Assembly (NCBI RefSeq): GCF_002434265.1
Contig: NZ_DJJS01000007.1
Coordinates: 769,327 to 833,326 of the forward strand
Direction: 5' to 3'
DNA: 64,000 nt
Source of the DNA: Pseudomonas sp. UBA6562
GTDB lineage: Bacteria > Pseudomonadota > Gammaproteobacteria > Pseudomonadales > Pseudomonadaceae
Below, piece after piece: positions 48,370-55,667 of the stretch. A program made the position numbers and the translations under genes. The notes under the pieces are model-generated. The model did not search any database. It saw only the letters and a list, made by a program, of their open reading frames with translations, and had not been told where the DNA came from. Each line of letters begins with the position of its first letter. Positions within the stretch are counted from its first letter, which is position 1.

Positions 48370-48667
48370 GTCGGTTGGGAATACCCGCCACAGCTTGATC
48401 ACCAGAACCGGAAAATGCGATGTAGGCACGAACGGAACATCGACGCCGATACCTTCTAAGTCGGCAATGTCTGATTCAGGCTTTCTGACGCTCATTGCGT
48501 GAAGATCTTCACCTTGCATTCGGTTCGTAAGCGTTCGCTGAAGTCACCTTGCATGGCTTGGGCGCGCATCGACTTGGCTGAATGCGCGCAAGACAGGATC
48601 GCTCTATGATTCGGTGAGTCCACGTCTGATAATACCTCGGACATCAATATTCAAGGCAAGGCCAACA

Positions 48668-49045
48668 ATGGACTACCGTGCAACGCGCTACGCCTTATTT
48701 GCTTTTTCCTTCTTCGTAATGTGCCAACCCGTACAAGCATCGGCGTGGCAAATTTGCCGTATGGAGCTACATATCACCGATGTGTTGAAGCTTCCCTATC
48801 CAAGGCTACAGGCCCAGGTCGTGAAGGTAAGTCAGGCATCGACCACGGCGGAATGCCCGGAAAAGGGGGCGACTATCACATTCGTACCGGAAACTGCTGA
48901 TTACCAAAACACGCTCCCACGCAGGCAGTGGCCCAAAAAAGGCCAGATGATGCACATCGACTATCGATATCTAGATGGGACGTGTAAAGGCGATGGCCAT
49001 CCCCATGCGTGTCGTATTGAACATTACCCCTTGGCGGGTACGTAA
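48668..49045 (+). CDS. Secreted hypothetical protein, possibly 3'-truncated by an IS66 end
   Basis: Signal peptide MDYRATRYALFAFSFFVMCQPVQASA. Its TAA stop lies inside the GTAAGCG terminal repeat of the adjacent IS relic. Confidence 0.5.
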   Translation: MDYRATRYALFAFSFFVMCQPVQASAWQICRMELHITDVLKLPYPRLQAQVVKVSQASTTAECPEKGATITFVPETADYQNTLPRRQWPKKGQMMHIDYRYLDGTCKGDGHPHACRIEHYPLAGT

Positions 49046-49440
49046 GCGCCCGGCGAGCTCACCTTGCGTAAGTCAGGCGGGCACCCATTGATGCGGTGGC
49101 AATCGCCCAAACTCACTGGGTCGCTGGGTCGGCAGCCGCGTCAGTATTCGACAACGATCTTTATCGCTCATGTCCTGCGCTTGGTGTTCGATCTCGTACA
49201 AGCCGTTTATCGAGTGCAGAGCCTGTTCAGCCAACCGGCTTTTGTTCGCCACCTGCAGATCGAAAAACTTGCGACGGGTGAGTGTTATAGGCGCAGATGT
49301 AAACTCCGGGGGTTTTCTTCTCACCCGGCGCAAGCATTTGCACCGGTGTTTCCATCAGCGTAAGTCACGTCCTCTGTGGATGACCTGCGCTGGCACCGGC
49401 GCCTGGATCAGTGTTTCGCACTGACGGCAGGCCCATTGAT
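49041..49440 (-). mobile_element. IS66-family element relic (terminal inverted repeat plus frameshifted/deleted transposase fragments)
   Basis: End begins GTAAGCGCCCGG (IS66-type GTAA terminus). Minus-strand fragments resemble TnpC: ..CETLIQAPVPAQVI.., ..ETPVQMLAPGEKKTPG.., ..LAEQALHSINGLYEIEHQA... These lie in different frames. Confidence 0.55.
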
Positions 49441-49897
49441 TTCAACTCTTTGTCCGGAAAAAATCGAGAGACCGGGTATGAGGCGAACATTTGATCGTGA
49501 TCTACCTAAGCTAGAGGTGAACTCAACAGATCCGCGACCATGCCCCATGCCGACTCTGAACTGTTGACGTTTAGCCCTTACAAGATCTCTCGATAAATAG
49601 TTGATAACTTTGCAATAGCCTCACCGTTTACGGCAATGGATTTCAAGCACAATGAGCAACTGACGAGGCCAACTGCAAGGGCCTCTCAAATCCCAACCCT
49701 TGCTTTCATCACATTAAACCCCAGGACGGTCACTGATTCGAGGTCGAACCCGCCTATGTGTTTCGATAAAAAGGTCAGAGACCAGAACTCAGGCCCCGTC
49801 CGAAATTTCCTAGCGCTTCGCCATCACAGGATTTCTTTCCGTTGATGGCTGAGGAATCTACAAAATCCTTAGGGCTGTGGGGCAGTGACTAGATTTC

Positions 49898-50455
49898 TCA
49901 GAATTTCGTACAGCGCCTAGGGTCTGTAGACAGTAAACTGTACTGGTGGAGGCTCAAAAACCTGCCGTCCTTGAACTCCACATCGCGCAGGGTGCCTTCA
50001 CGCTGGAATCCGAACTTCCTCAGCAGTAAGCAACTGGGCTCATTTTCCGGCTCAACGTCTGCATGAATGCGATGCAAACCCAGATTGCCGAACCCGTAGT
50101 CAATCACTGACGGCAACGCTTCGGAGAGTAGGCCTTGACGCCAATACTCAGGCATCAACCAATAGCCGATCTCTGCCTTTCGGTGGGCGTGGGACCAGTC
50201 GTTGAGGCCGCATGCCCCTATCAACGGCTCATGGTGGATGAGGGACATTCCCCACCAGATACCAGACCGCTCGGTAATGATTCGTTCAAACCAGCGCATT
50301 TGTTCTTCGGTCTCGGTGAGACTCGAATAGGACACGCCGTAATGAGCGACCACGCGAGGGTCGGAAAGGGCCTTGTACACATCGACCACGTGCATAGGCA
50401 GTATCTTTCTCAATATGATTCTTTCTAACATGAACTCGGGAAATACGGTGGACAC
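49898..50455 (-). CDS. GNAT N-acetyltransferase, RimJ/RimL (Acetyltransf_3) type
   Basis: 185 aa. Sequence AEIGYWLMPEYWRQGLLSEALPSVIDYGF..LHRIHADVEPENEPSCLLLRKFGFQREGTLR. Confidence 0.8.
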   Translation of the reverse strand: MSTVFPEFMLERIILRKILPMHVVDVYKALSDPRVVAHYGVSYSSLTETEEQMRWFERIITERSGIWWGMSLIHHEPLIGACGLNDWSHAHRKAEIGYWLMPEYWRQGLLSEALPSVIDYGFGNLGLHRIHADVEPENEPSCLLLRKFGFQREGTLRDVEFKDGRFLSLHQYSLLSTDPRRCTKF

Positions 50456-50781
50456 TTGGTAGGACCGGTTGCCTCAAGGGGGTCGCTAAGTTAACACGGA
50501 CGCGGCTTCCCTTTATCCCCCAAACTGGCTGGTGCTCAGCGCCGGCAGGCTCGAGCTAGACCTTCCGTGGCGCCTGGCGATTACGTTGTACGGACGCTTA
50601 TACTGCATGTCCCTATTTTGGCTCCCTCTGTAGTTCCTGCTGCAACCCTCTCCCTCTTTCCATTGCCGCCGTATGGCCGTAAAACGGACCATGCTTCCAC
50701 GCTCTGCCGGCCGGCGCGGCGAATCCAATTCGTTATCCGCGCCCGCTACCGCATGCAGAGCAAGGGTTAACTGTCGGCAGT

Positions 50782-51051
50782 TTATCTGGCCTCGGATGCG
50801 AGTGTCCGAGCTCGCTCCACTCCCCAGGCCAAAGCTTTGGTGACGGTTTCTCCTGGACGTCTGCTGTACGCCTCTTCGCGGATCGTTCTTCCTGAAGGCG
50901 CGTACACGCCAATGAACATCTGCGTTTCTCCAGTCCTTGATAATCGAGCTTGGACGTCAAAATTGGTCCCATCAGAAAGCATTTCTTCGTGCGTTCTGCT
51001 GTGAATCCTGACATCTGCCCAATTCCAATATTTATTTCCTCGTACTCGCAT
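50782..51051 (-). CDS. Hypothetical protein (89 aa)
   Basis: ATG 51051 preceded by a strong GGGAGGTG. No motif recognised. Confidence 0.5.
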   Translation of the reverse strand: MRVRGNKYWNWADVRIHSRTHEEMLSDGTNFDVQARLSRTGETQMFIGVYAPSGRTIREEAYSRRPGETVTKALAWGVERARTLASEAR

Positions 51052-51429
51052 AATCACCTCCCTATGCCTGTGCCGGTCCGACACGTCTACAGGACACGCG
51101 ACAAAATACGTCGAGTCAAGCGGTGCAGATCACACCATGACTATAAGGTCACAAATAGGTCGCCGCTGAAATGACGGTTCCGCTTACCAAATTTTGCTCT
51201 CGCTTGCTGCCGCGATAGGCCGGCAGAGGAATCCGCGTATTCTGCGCCACGCACACCGTATGGCCGGCTTGCGCAGGCTGGCTCAAGGTCCGCTTAACCC
51301 TACAAGCACTTTCGTCTTTCCACCGAGTAGAGAATGGCAAGGGTTTTCTCAAGGCATGGAAAAAGCCCGCGCTAGGCGGGCCACACGAAAGACGCGTTAT
51401 GATCGGGTCATCTCACTGGGAGTGACTTC

Positions 51430-51753
51430 ATGAAAGGACTATGGATGGGAATGACGCTCGCCTTGGCGTTGGGCGGGTGCGGGACCGTACGCACGGTGTC
51501 CAACGAGTCAAAAGCCGTGGACGATCTGGCGAAATGGCAGACTCATTGCCATACGATTCCGCGGGCGTATAGTGGCGTTGCTTATCAGTTCTGCAATTTG
51601 AACGGGCCTCCGCGAACAGGTCCGCATTGGGCTACATTCCCGATCCTGCTCGACATGGCAGCGTCGGGAGTTGTCGACACCGTTGTTCTTCCTTACACCG
51701 GCTATCAGCAGTATAAGCAAGGCAATGTGCCAATTCGTAGGCTGGAATACTGA
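51430..51753 (+). CDS. YceK/YidQ-family lipoprotein
   Basis: Lipobox LALGGCGT. Motifs PRAYSGVAYQF and LLDMAASGVVDTVVLPYT are typical of the family. Confidence 0.7.
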   Translation: MKGLWMGMTLALALGGCGTVRTVSNESKAVDDLAKWQTHCHTIPRAYSGVAYQFCNLNGPPRTGPHWATFPILLDMAASGVVDTVVLPYTGYQQYKQGNVPIRRLEY

Positions 51754-51907
51754 TACCCCTCCCTAGGTCGCGGTGATCTCGGCTAGACTAGATCAGGCGG
51801 TCGGGGGTTCGGTCTCCCCCACTGCTGGCTCCTTTGCAGTAATCGATAACTTGGCGCTGTAGTCCTTCAGGACTTGGCACACGCATACCTGGGCACTCGC
51901 GAATTAT

Positions 51908-52165
51908 TTAAAACCCCGCGGGCGCGGGCGTCTGCCTCTTCATTGGATGGCACAGCAGGTCTTGTAGCGGTGTCGCAGGGGTAACGCGCGTACCAAGCGC
52001 CGAGTCGCCATCGGACCTGGCCTTCGTCTCGACCTGCACCGCCGCGTTGATGTTGCCCAGTGGGGTGAGCAAGTCGTCTATCCGCTGTTTTTCCGCCGCC
52101 AACTCGTCGCCTTGCTGGGTGACGGTAACGCCGGACGAGTCTATAGCCTTACCTGACGCTGCAGC
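51908..52165 (-). pseudogene. C-terminal fragment of a phage tail-fibre-like protein
   Basis: Sequence ..AAEKQRIDDLLTPLGNINAAVQVETKARSDGDSALGTRV.. resembles tail-fibre/host-specificity repeats. A hairpin terminator overlaps the stop. The 5' part is missing and abuts an integrase fragment. Confidence 0.35.
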
Positions 52166-52177
52166 CGCAAGTGCTCG

Positions 52178-52486
52178 GTGACCTTGACGCCGTTCGTATT
52201 CCCGCCTTCCAAGAACGTCGAGTATGTGAAGCAGGCCTCCGATCTGCACAAGCAGTGGGTACCGGCGCTGGGTGAGCTGGGGATTCGACGCCGTCCCCCG
52301 TATAACTGCCGTCACACCTATGCGACAATACGCTTAATGTCTGGTCTGAATCCCGCATTTATCGCCCAACAGCTGGGTCACAGCGTTCGAATGCTGTTGT
52401 CGACCTATGCCCGTTGGCTTAACTCAAGCTCCGATTGGAGCGAGCTGGAAAAACTCAAAATTGGTATCAAATCGGTATCAGGTTGA
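52178..52486 (+). pseudogene. 3' fragment of a tyrosine recombinase (phage integrase) gene
   Basis: Only the last ~100 codons remain. Catalytic region YNCRHTYATIRLMSGLNPAFIAQQLGHSVRMLLSTYARWL (R, H-x-x-R context, Tyr) is present. The N-terminal ~250 aa are absent. Confidence 0.75.
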
Positions 52487-52740
52487 GATCCGGCCCTGTA
52501 AGTGACTGATAGGTTAGCCCTTTGATCTCTACCGCCAACATCACCATGCACTATCTCATGAGTGATCGCAGGTGAATGAGTGTTGATCCTGTTGGGCTAC
52601 AGAACGCGGCTCCCCTCTCCGCACCATATGCAGTGGTCCGTCGAATGGTCCCAGCCGCCATCAGAGGCTTGATGCCGATTCGGCATAACACGCTAAATTT
52701 TGTGCTCTGATCTAGGTTATTATCCACAATGCCAAAATGG

Positions 52741-52775
52741 CAAAAGCCGCCACATTAGTCGGTAAGCGGCTTTTG
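52741..52775. terminator. Bidirectional rho-independent terminator-like hairpin
   Basis: AAAAGCCGC-n15-GCGGCTTTT with T-runs on both strands. Confidence 0.5.
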
Positions 52776-52898
52776 CCTTATGTCATTTCGCGCTACTAAG
52801 TACCAAGCTTCATGGCCGTATTTCTATGCGTCAAAGATACGCTCCAAGTTTTTCACTCGACGGTGGCAGCAGCAAACCCAATTGCGTAACCCGCCGTA

Positions 52899-53114
52899 TC
52901 AATGCTTTGTGATCGCCTGGAGGCCGTAGGCGTAAAGCTGGTAGTCCGTCACCGCCTGGTAGGCTGACTCGGCGAGCACGCGCAGGCGCTCGACCTGCTC
53001 TGCCGGTTCGCAGGCATCTTGGGCCTCGTTGTACCGGCGCAACGCTGCAGTGGCCTCCAAGATCAGCGGCTCTCCTGCATCAGCCAGTCCTCGAATCGTT
53101 CGCTTTATAGTCAC
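52899..53114 (-). CDS. Small helical protein (53-71 aa depending on start), hypothetical; partner of receiver protein RR1
   Basis: GC3-biased frame. Only GTG (53114) or an internal TTG after GGAGAG is available as a start. Loose similarity to the 54396-54608 product (A-x-L/I-x-R-Y ... ESA-Y/F). Confidence 0.4.
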   Translation of the reverse strand: MTIKRTIRGLADAGEPLILEATAALRRYNEAQDACEPAEQVERLRVLAESAYQAVTDYQLYAYGLQAITKH

Positions 53115-53224
53115 CCCAGCACGCCTATTGTCAGAGTGTAGTAGCCTTCATGGAAAGCAGCATGTGAAGTAATCAGCTTTCCATAGTCATCATTCAAGCT
53201 GAACAAAGCTAACTTACCAAAGCG

Positions 53225-53602
53225 CTATATGGCTTTCAAAACAGCACCGGTTAATTGCACTAGCGCCCATGGCTTCGGCAGGAAGTGTATCTGACTAGAA
53301 AGCTTTCGATGAGCATCTATGTAACCTGTCGTAAGAATGAAGGGAATATGCGGATAACGGCCCGCCAACATTTCCGCAAGCTCAGCACCATCCAGCTGAC
53401 CAGGTACTGTCAGATCAGCAACTACTAGACCAATATCAACTGACGCACCCATAGCATATATCAGAGCATCATCAGCAGTCGCAAATTCGACTACTTCAAA
53501 ATTAAGCTCTCGAATTGCATCAACCATTAAGCTGCGCAATAGATCATCATCCTCAACCACTACAATGATTTTCTTTGAGGCCATCATGCTGTCTTGCGTC
53601 AT
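53225..53602 (-). CDS. Single-domain response regulator (receiver only), FAT-GUY-like
   Basis: VVVEDDD, phospho-acceptor VVADLTVPG, PFILTTGY (variant of PFxFATGY) and FLPKPW. No output domain. Confidence 0.8.
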   Translation of the reverse strand: MTQDSMMASKKIIVVVEDDDLLRSLMVDAIRELNFEVVEFATADDALIYAMGASVDIGLVVADLTVPGQLDGAELAEMLAGRYPHIPFILTTGYIDAHRKLSSQIHFLPKPWALVQLTGAVLKAI

Positions 53603-53653
53603 TAAAGTCGCTCATTGGAATAAAGCTTCTGTAGACGCGCATTTTGATACAAA

Positions 53654-53800
53654 TCATTCATGCTTGCCACTCAATTCCGTCAAAGCGTCGTACTCCTTAG
53701 CGCATTGCTGTACAGATATCCGGGCTCTTTCATACGCTTTCGCCAGCTCTCCCGCTCGAGCATCAGCCCGTGCGAGCAGCAAGGATAGCGCCACCTACGC
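53654..53800 (-). pseudogene. Relic of the 3' end of an Rz-type i-spanin gene
   Basis: 53730-53779 matches 54732-54781 at 48/50 nt. Encodes ..ALSLLLARADARAGELAKAYERARISVQQCAKEYDALTELSGKHE*. In-frame stops lie immediately upstream. Confidence 0.65.
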
Positions 53801-54006
53801 TCACCTCGAGAACGTCGTCCTTGCGTGGGCCTGTAAGGCAACCGCTGCTGAATGGCGGAAGCGGGGGCTATAAATGAAATTTGTTGTACAGCCTGCGCTC
53901 GAAACGGCTAATTGTTGTACAAAATAGACCGCTCATCTTTTATCAGGAACTCGGCTCTGATAAGCGCTCACTATCACTGATTAGGCCTATAACTGGTGTG
54001 GTGAAT

Positions 54007-54375
54007 ATGAAACGGGTTTTGATCGTGGAAGACGAACCAATGCTTTTAGAGCTCCTCGTCACGATCATCGACGAAATGGGTTTCACCACAACGACAGCTG
54101 CTACTGTCGATGATGGAATCGAGCTGCTAGGTGCCCATGCTTGGGCAATGGTCGTAACGGACGTTAGAACGCCTGGACGCTCAGATGGCTGGGATCTGGC
54201 ATGGACTGCTCATCACCAATGGCCGAGCCTGGCTGTGATTGTGACTAGTGGCGGCAATGCCCACTTTGGGAAGCCACTGCCCTCTTCGGCTGTATTCCTT
54301 GCCAAACCATGGTCCATAGAACAGATGACATCACTAGTTCGAAGCCGCGCTGGAGGCTTCGCTTCCTCCCCTTAG
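54007..54375 (+). CDS. Single-domain response regulator (receiver only)
   Basis: LIVEDEP, phospho-acceptor VVTDVRTPG, VTSGG and FLAKPW. 122 aa, paralog of RR1. Start at ATG 54007. Confidence 0.8.
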   Translation: MKRVLIVEDEPMLLELLVTIIDEMGFTTTTAATVDDGIELLGAHAWAMVVTDVRTPGRSDGWDLAWTAHHQWPSLAVIVTSGGNAHFGKPLPSSAVFLAKPWSIEQMTSLVRSRAGGFASSP

Positions 54376-54395
54376 TCGTTTAGGGTCGACTGCTA

Positions 54396-54608
54396 TCACT
54401 GTACAGCCAACCGCGCCAACTCTAGCTCCCGAAAAGCGCTCTCAATCTCAGTTCGCAAAGTCTTCAAGATTGATTCGGAGCTGCCAAAGTCTCGTGCGCG
54501 GTGATACAAGTCCACTGCTTTTGAGGCCCGATCAACGCTACGCAGGTACCTTTCGATAGCCTCATCATAAGCTCGGAGAGGCATTTTTCCTGAGGGCTCG
54601 TCTGCCAT
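54396..54608 (-). CDS. Small helical protein (62-70 aa), hypothetical; lies 47 nt 3' of Rz on the same strand
   Basis: ORF MADEPSGKMPLRAYDEAIERYLRSVD.... The internal ATG (54584) has an AGGA Shine-Dalgarno. Convergent with RR2. Confidence 0.5.
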   Translation of the reverse strand: MADEPSGKMPLRAYDEAIERYLRSVDRASKAVDLYHRARDFGSSESILKTLRTEIESAFRELELARLAVQ

Positions 54609-54655
54609 ACGTCTTGATCAGGCTGAATAAAATGAGGACCGTATTTTGAAACAAG

Positions 54656-55168
54656 TCAATGGTTGAGGCTAGCCCCTCTCGTTAGCTGATCGTACTCGTT
54701 CGAGCACTGCTGACCCGCTATCCGGGCTTGGTCATACGCTTTCGCCAACTCTCCCGCTCGAGCATCAGCCCGTGTGAGCAGGTCGGAGAGCACCATAGCG
54801 GCGCGGGTGGCTGCCTGGCCTCGGGCGACAGCGACGGTATCCGGGCCGGGGCAACTGACGGCGGCGGCGAACTGATCGGCGTCGTGCTGCAGCCGCTCGC
54901 CAGCAGCATCGGCGCCAGTAGCGCCAGCGTCAGCCACTTGGTGTTGTTTGTATGCATGGGCTCTCGTCTCTTCCTGCGCCTTAGCGCGTTGTTGTTCTTC
55001 CTCGCGGGCGGCCCGCTCGCCCACGGCTTCGGCCAGTCGGACGCTACCGTCGCGCTGCGCCGATGCGGCCAGAGCATCGCTGCGCTCTACCGACCGGCCG
55101 TGCTGGTAGGCGCCCCAGTACGACGCCAGCACTAGGGTCAGCAGGCCCAGCCGCACCGGCCAGGTCAT
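54656..55168 (-). CDS. Rz-type i-spanin (DUF2514-like lysis protein)
   Basis: N-terminal signal-anchor MTWPVRLGLLTLVLASYWGAY followed by a coiled-coil-rich periplasmic domain. ATGA-coupled to the endolysin gene. Confidence 0.75.
   Translation of the reverse strand: MTWPVRLGLLTLVLASYWGAYQHGRSVERSDALAASAQRDGSVRLAEAVGERAAREEEQQRAKAQEETRAHAYKQHQVADAGATGADAAGERLQHDADQFAAAVSCPGPDTVAVARGQAATRAAMVLSDLLTRADARAGELAKAYDQARIAGQQCSNEYDQLTRGASLNH
54718..54957 (-). CDS. Rz1-type o-spanin lipoprotein embedded out of frame within Rz
   Basis: MHTNNTKWLTLALLAPMLLASGC lipobox followed by a Pro-rich mature part (TTPISSPPPSVAPARIPSLSPEARQPPAP). Fully nested in the Rz gene. Confidence 0.65.
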   Translation of the reverse strand: MHTNNTKWLTLALLAPMLLASGCSTTPISSPPPSVAPARIPSLSPEARQPPAPLWCSPTCSHGLMLERESWRKRMTKPG

Positions 55169-55608
55169 GCCAGCGCCCGCCGCACGCCTTCATCGATCAC
55201 CGCAGCCGAGTACGGATTGCTGCCGTTCTCATGAGCGATGATGCCGGCCACCATGCCGCGCAGCGTGGCCAGACTCTTGATGTCGATCATTGTCGTGGGA
55301 TCCACGCCGATGCGCGTGGCCACCGCGCGGGCGTAGGCCTGAGTGTCGTTCTCATTGCTCGGCGCCCAGCGGTTGATGGTTTCGAGCACGGTGTCGATGC
55401 CCTTGCCGCCGACGCCAGGCATACCGTCTTTGCTGCGGTAGTTGATCAGCAGCTTGCCTAAGGCGCGGATGCCGTTCTCGGGCGAGTCGAACCGGGCGAA
55501 GCGCGGCTTGGCCACACCTTCCTCAAGGCCCAACTGGCCTACCCAGTCGTTGCGTGGGTTGTAGTCGATATTGCCGGGGTTGTTGTTGCGGATGCCGCGT
55601 GCGGTCAT
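55165..55608 (-). CDS. Putative endolysin / peptidoglycan hydrolase (phage P5-like family)
   Basis: 147 aa beginning MTARGIRNNNPGNIDYNPRNDWVGQ, recalled from Pseudomonas phage/tailocin lytic proteins. Sits between gpD and Rz. Confidence 0.55.
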   Translation of the reverse strand: MTARGIRNNNPGNIDYNPRNDWVGQLGLEEGVAKPRFARFDSPENGIRALGKLLINYRSKDGMPGVGGKGIDTVLETINRWAPSNENDTQAYARAVATRIGVDPTTMIDIKSLATLRGMVAGIIAHENGSNPYSAAVIDEGVRRALA

Positions 55609-55623
55609 GGGTCAGCTCCAAAT

Positions 55624-55647
55624 AAAAAACCCCGCGATGCGCGGGGT
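55624..55647 (-). terminator. Rho-independent terminator after gpD
   Basis: Minus strand: ACCCCGCGCATCGCGGGGTTTTTT. Confidence 0.7.
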
Positions 55648-55667
55648 ATTGGTGGATTGGGGGAAGC

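Noticed and set aside
48259-48519. 86-aa minus-strand ORF downstream of the esterase gene
   Set aside because: It overlaps the esterase 3' end by about 110 nt. It has no RBS and a non-coding-like composition.
50671-50694. Hairpin GTATGGCCG-TAAAA-CGGACCATGC, resembling group II intron domain V
   Set aside because: It lacks the AGC catalytic triad context and the correct pairing to the CCGTAT segment. There is no reverse-transcriptase/maturase ORF or other intron domains nearby.
51796-51832. GGCGGTCGGGGGTTCGGTCTCCCCCACTGCTGGCTCC as a tRNA or tmRNA 3'-end fragment (old att site)
   Set aside because: The T-arm would have an 8-nt loop or a non-canonical 53-61 pair. No CCA or acceptor complement is present. 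I cannot match it to a specific tRNA or ssrA end without a search, so it is worth only a quick BLAST.
53148-53185. Inverted repeat ATGGAAAGC-n17-GCTTTCCAT between RR1 and the small helical ORF
   Set aside because: It is real in the sequence, but a single 9-bp stem with a large loop and no U-tract. There is insufficient evidence to call it a terminator or operator. It is noted only as context for the response-regulator module.
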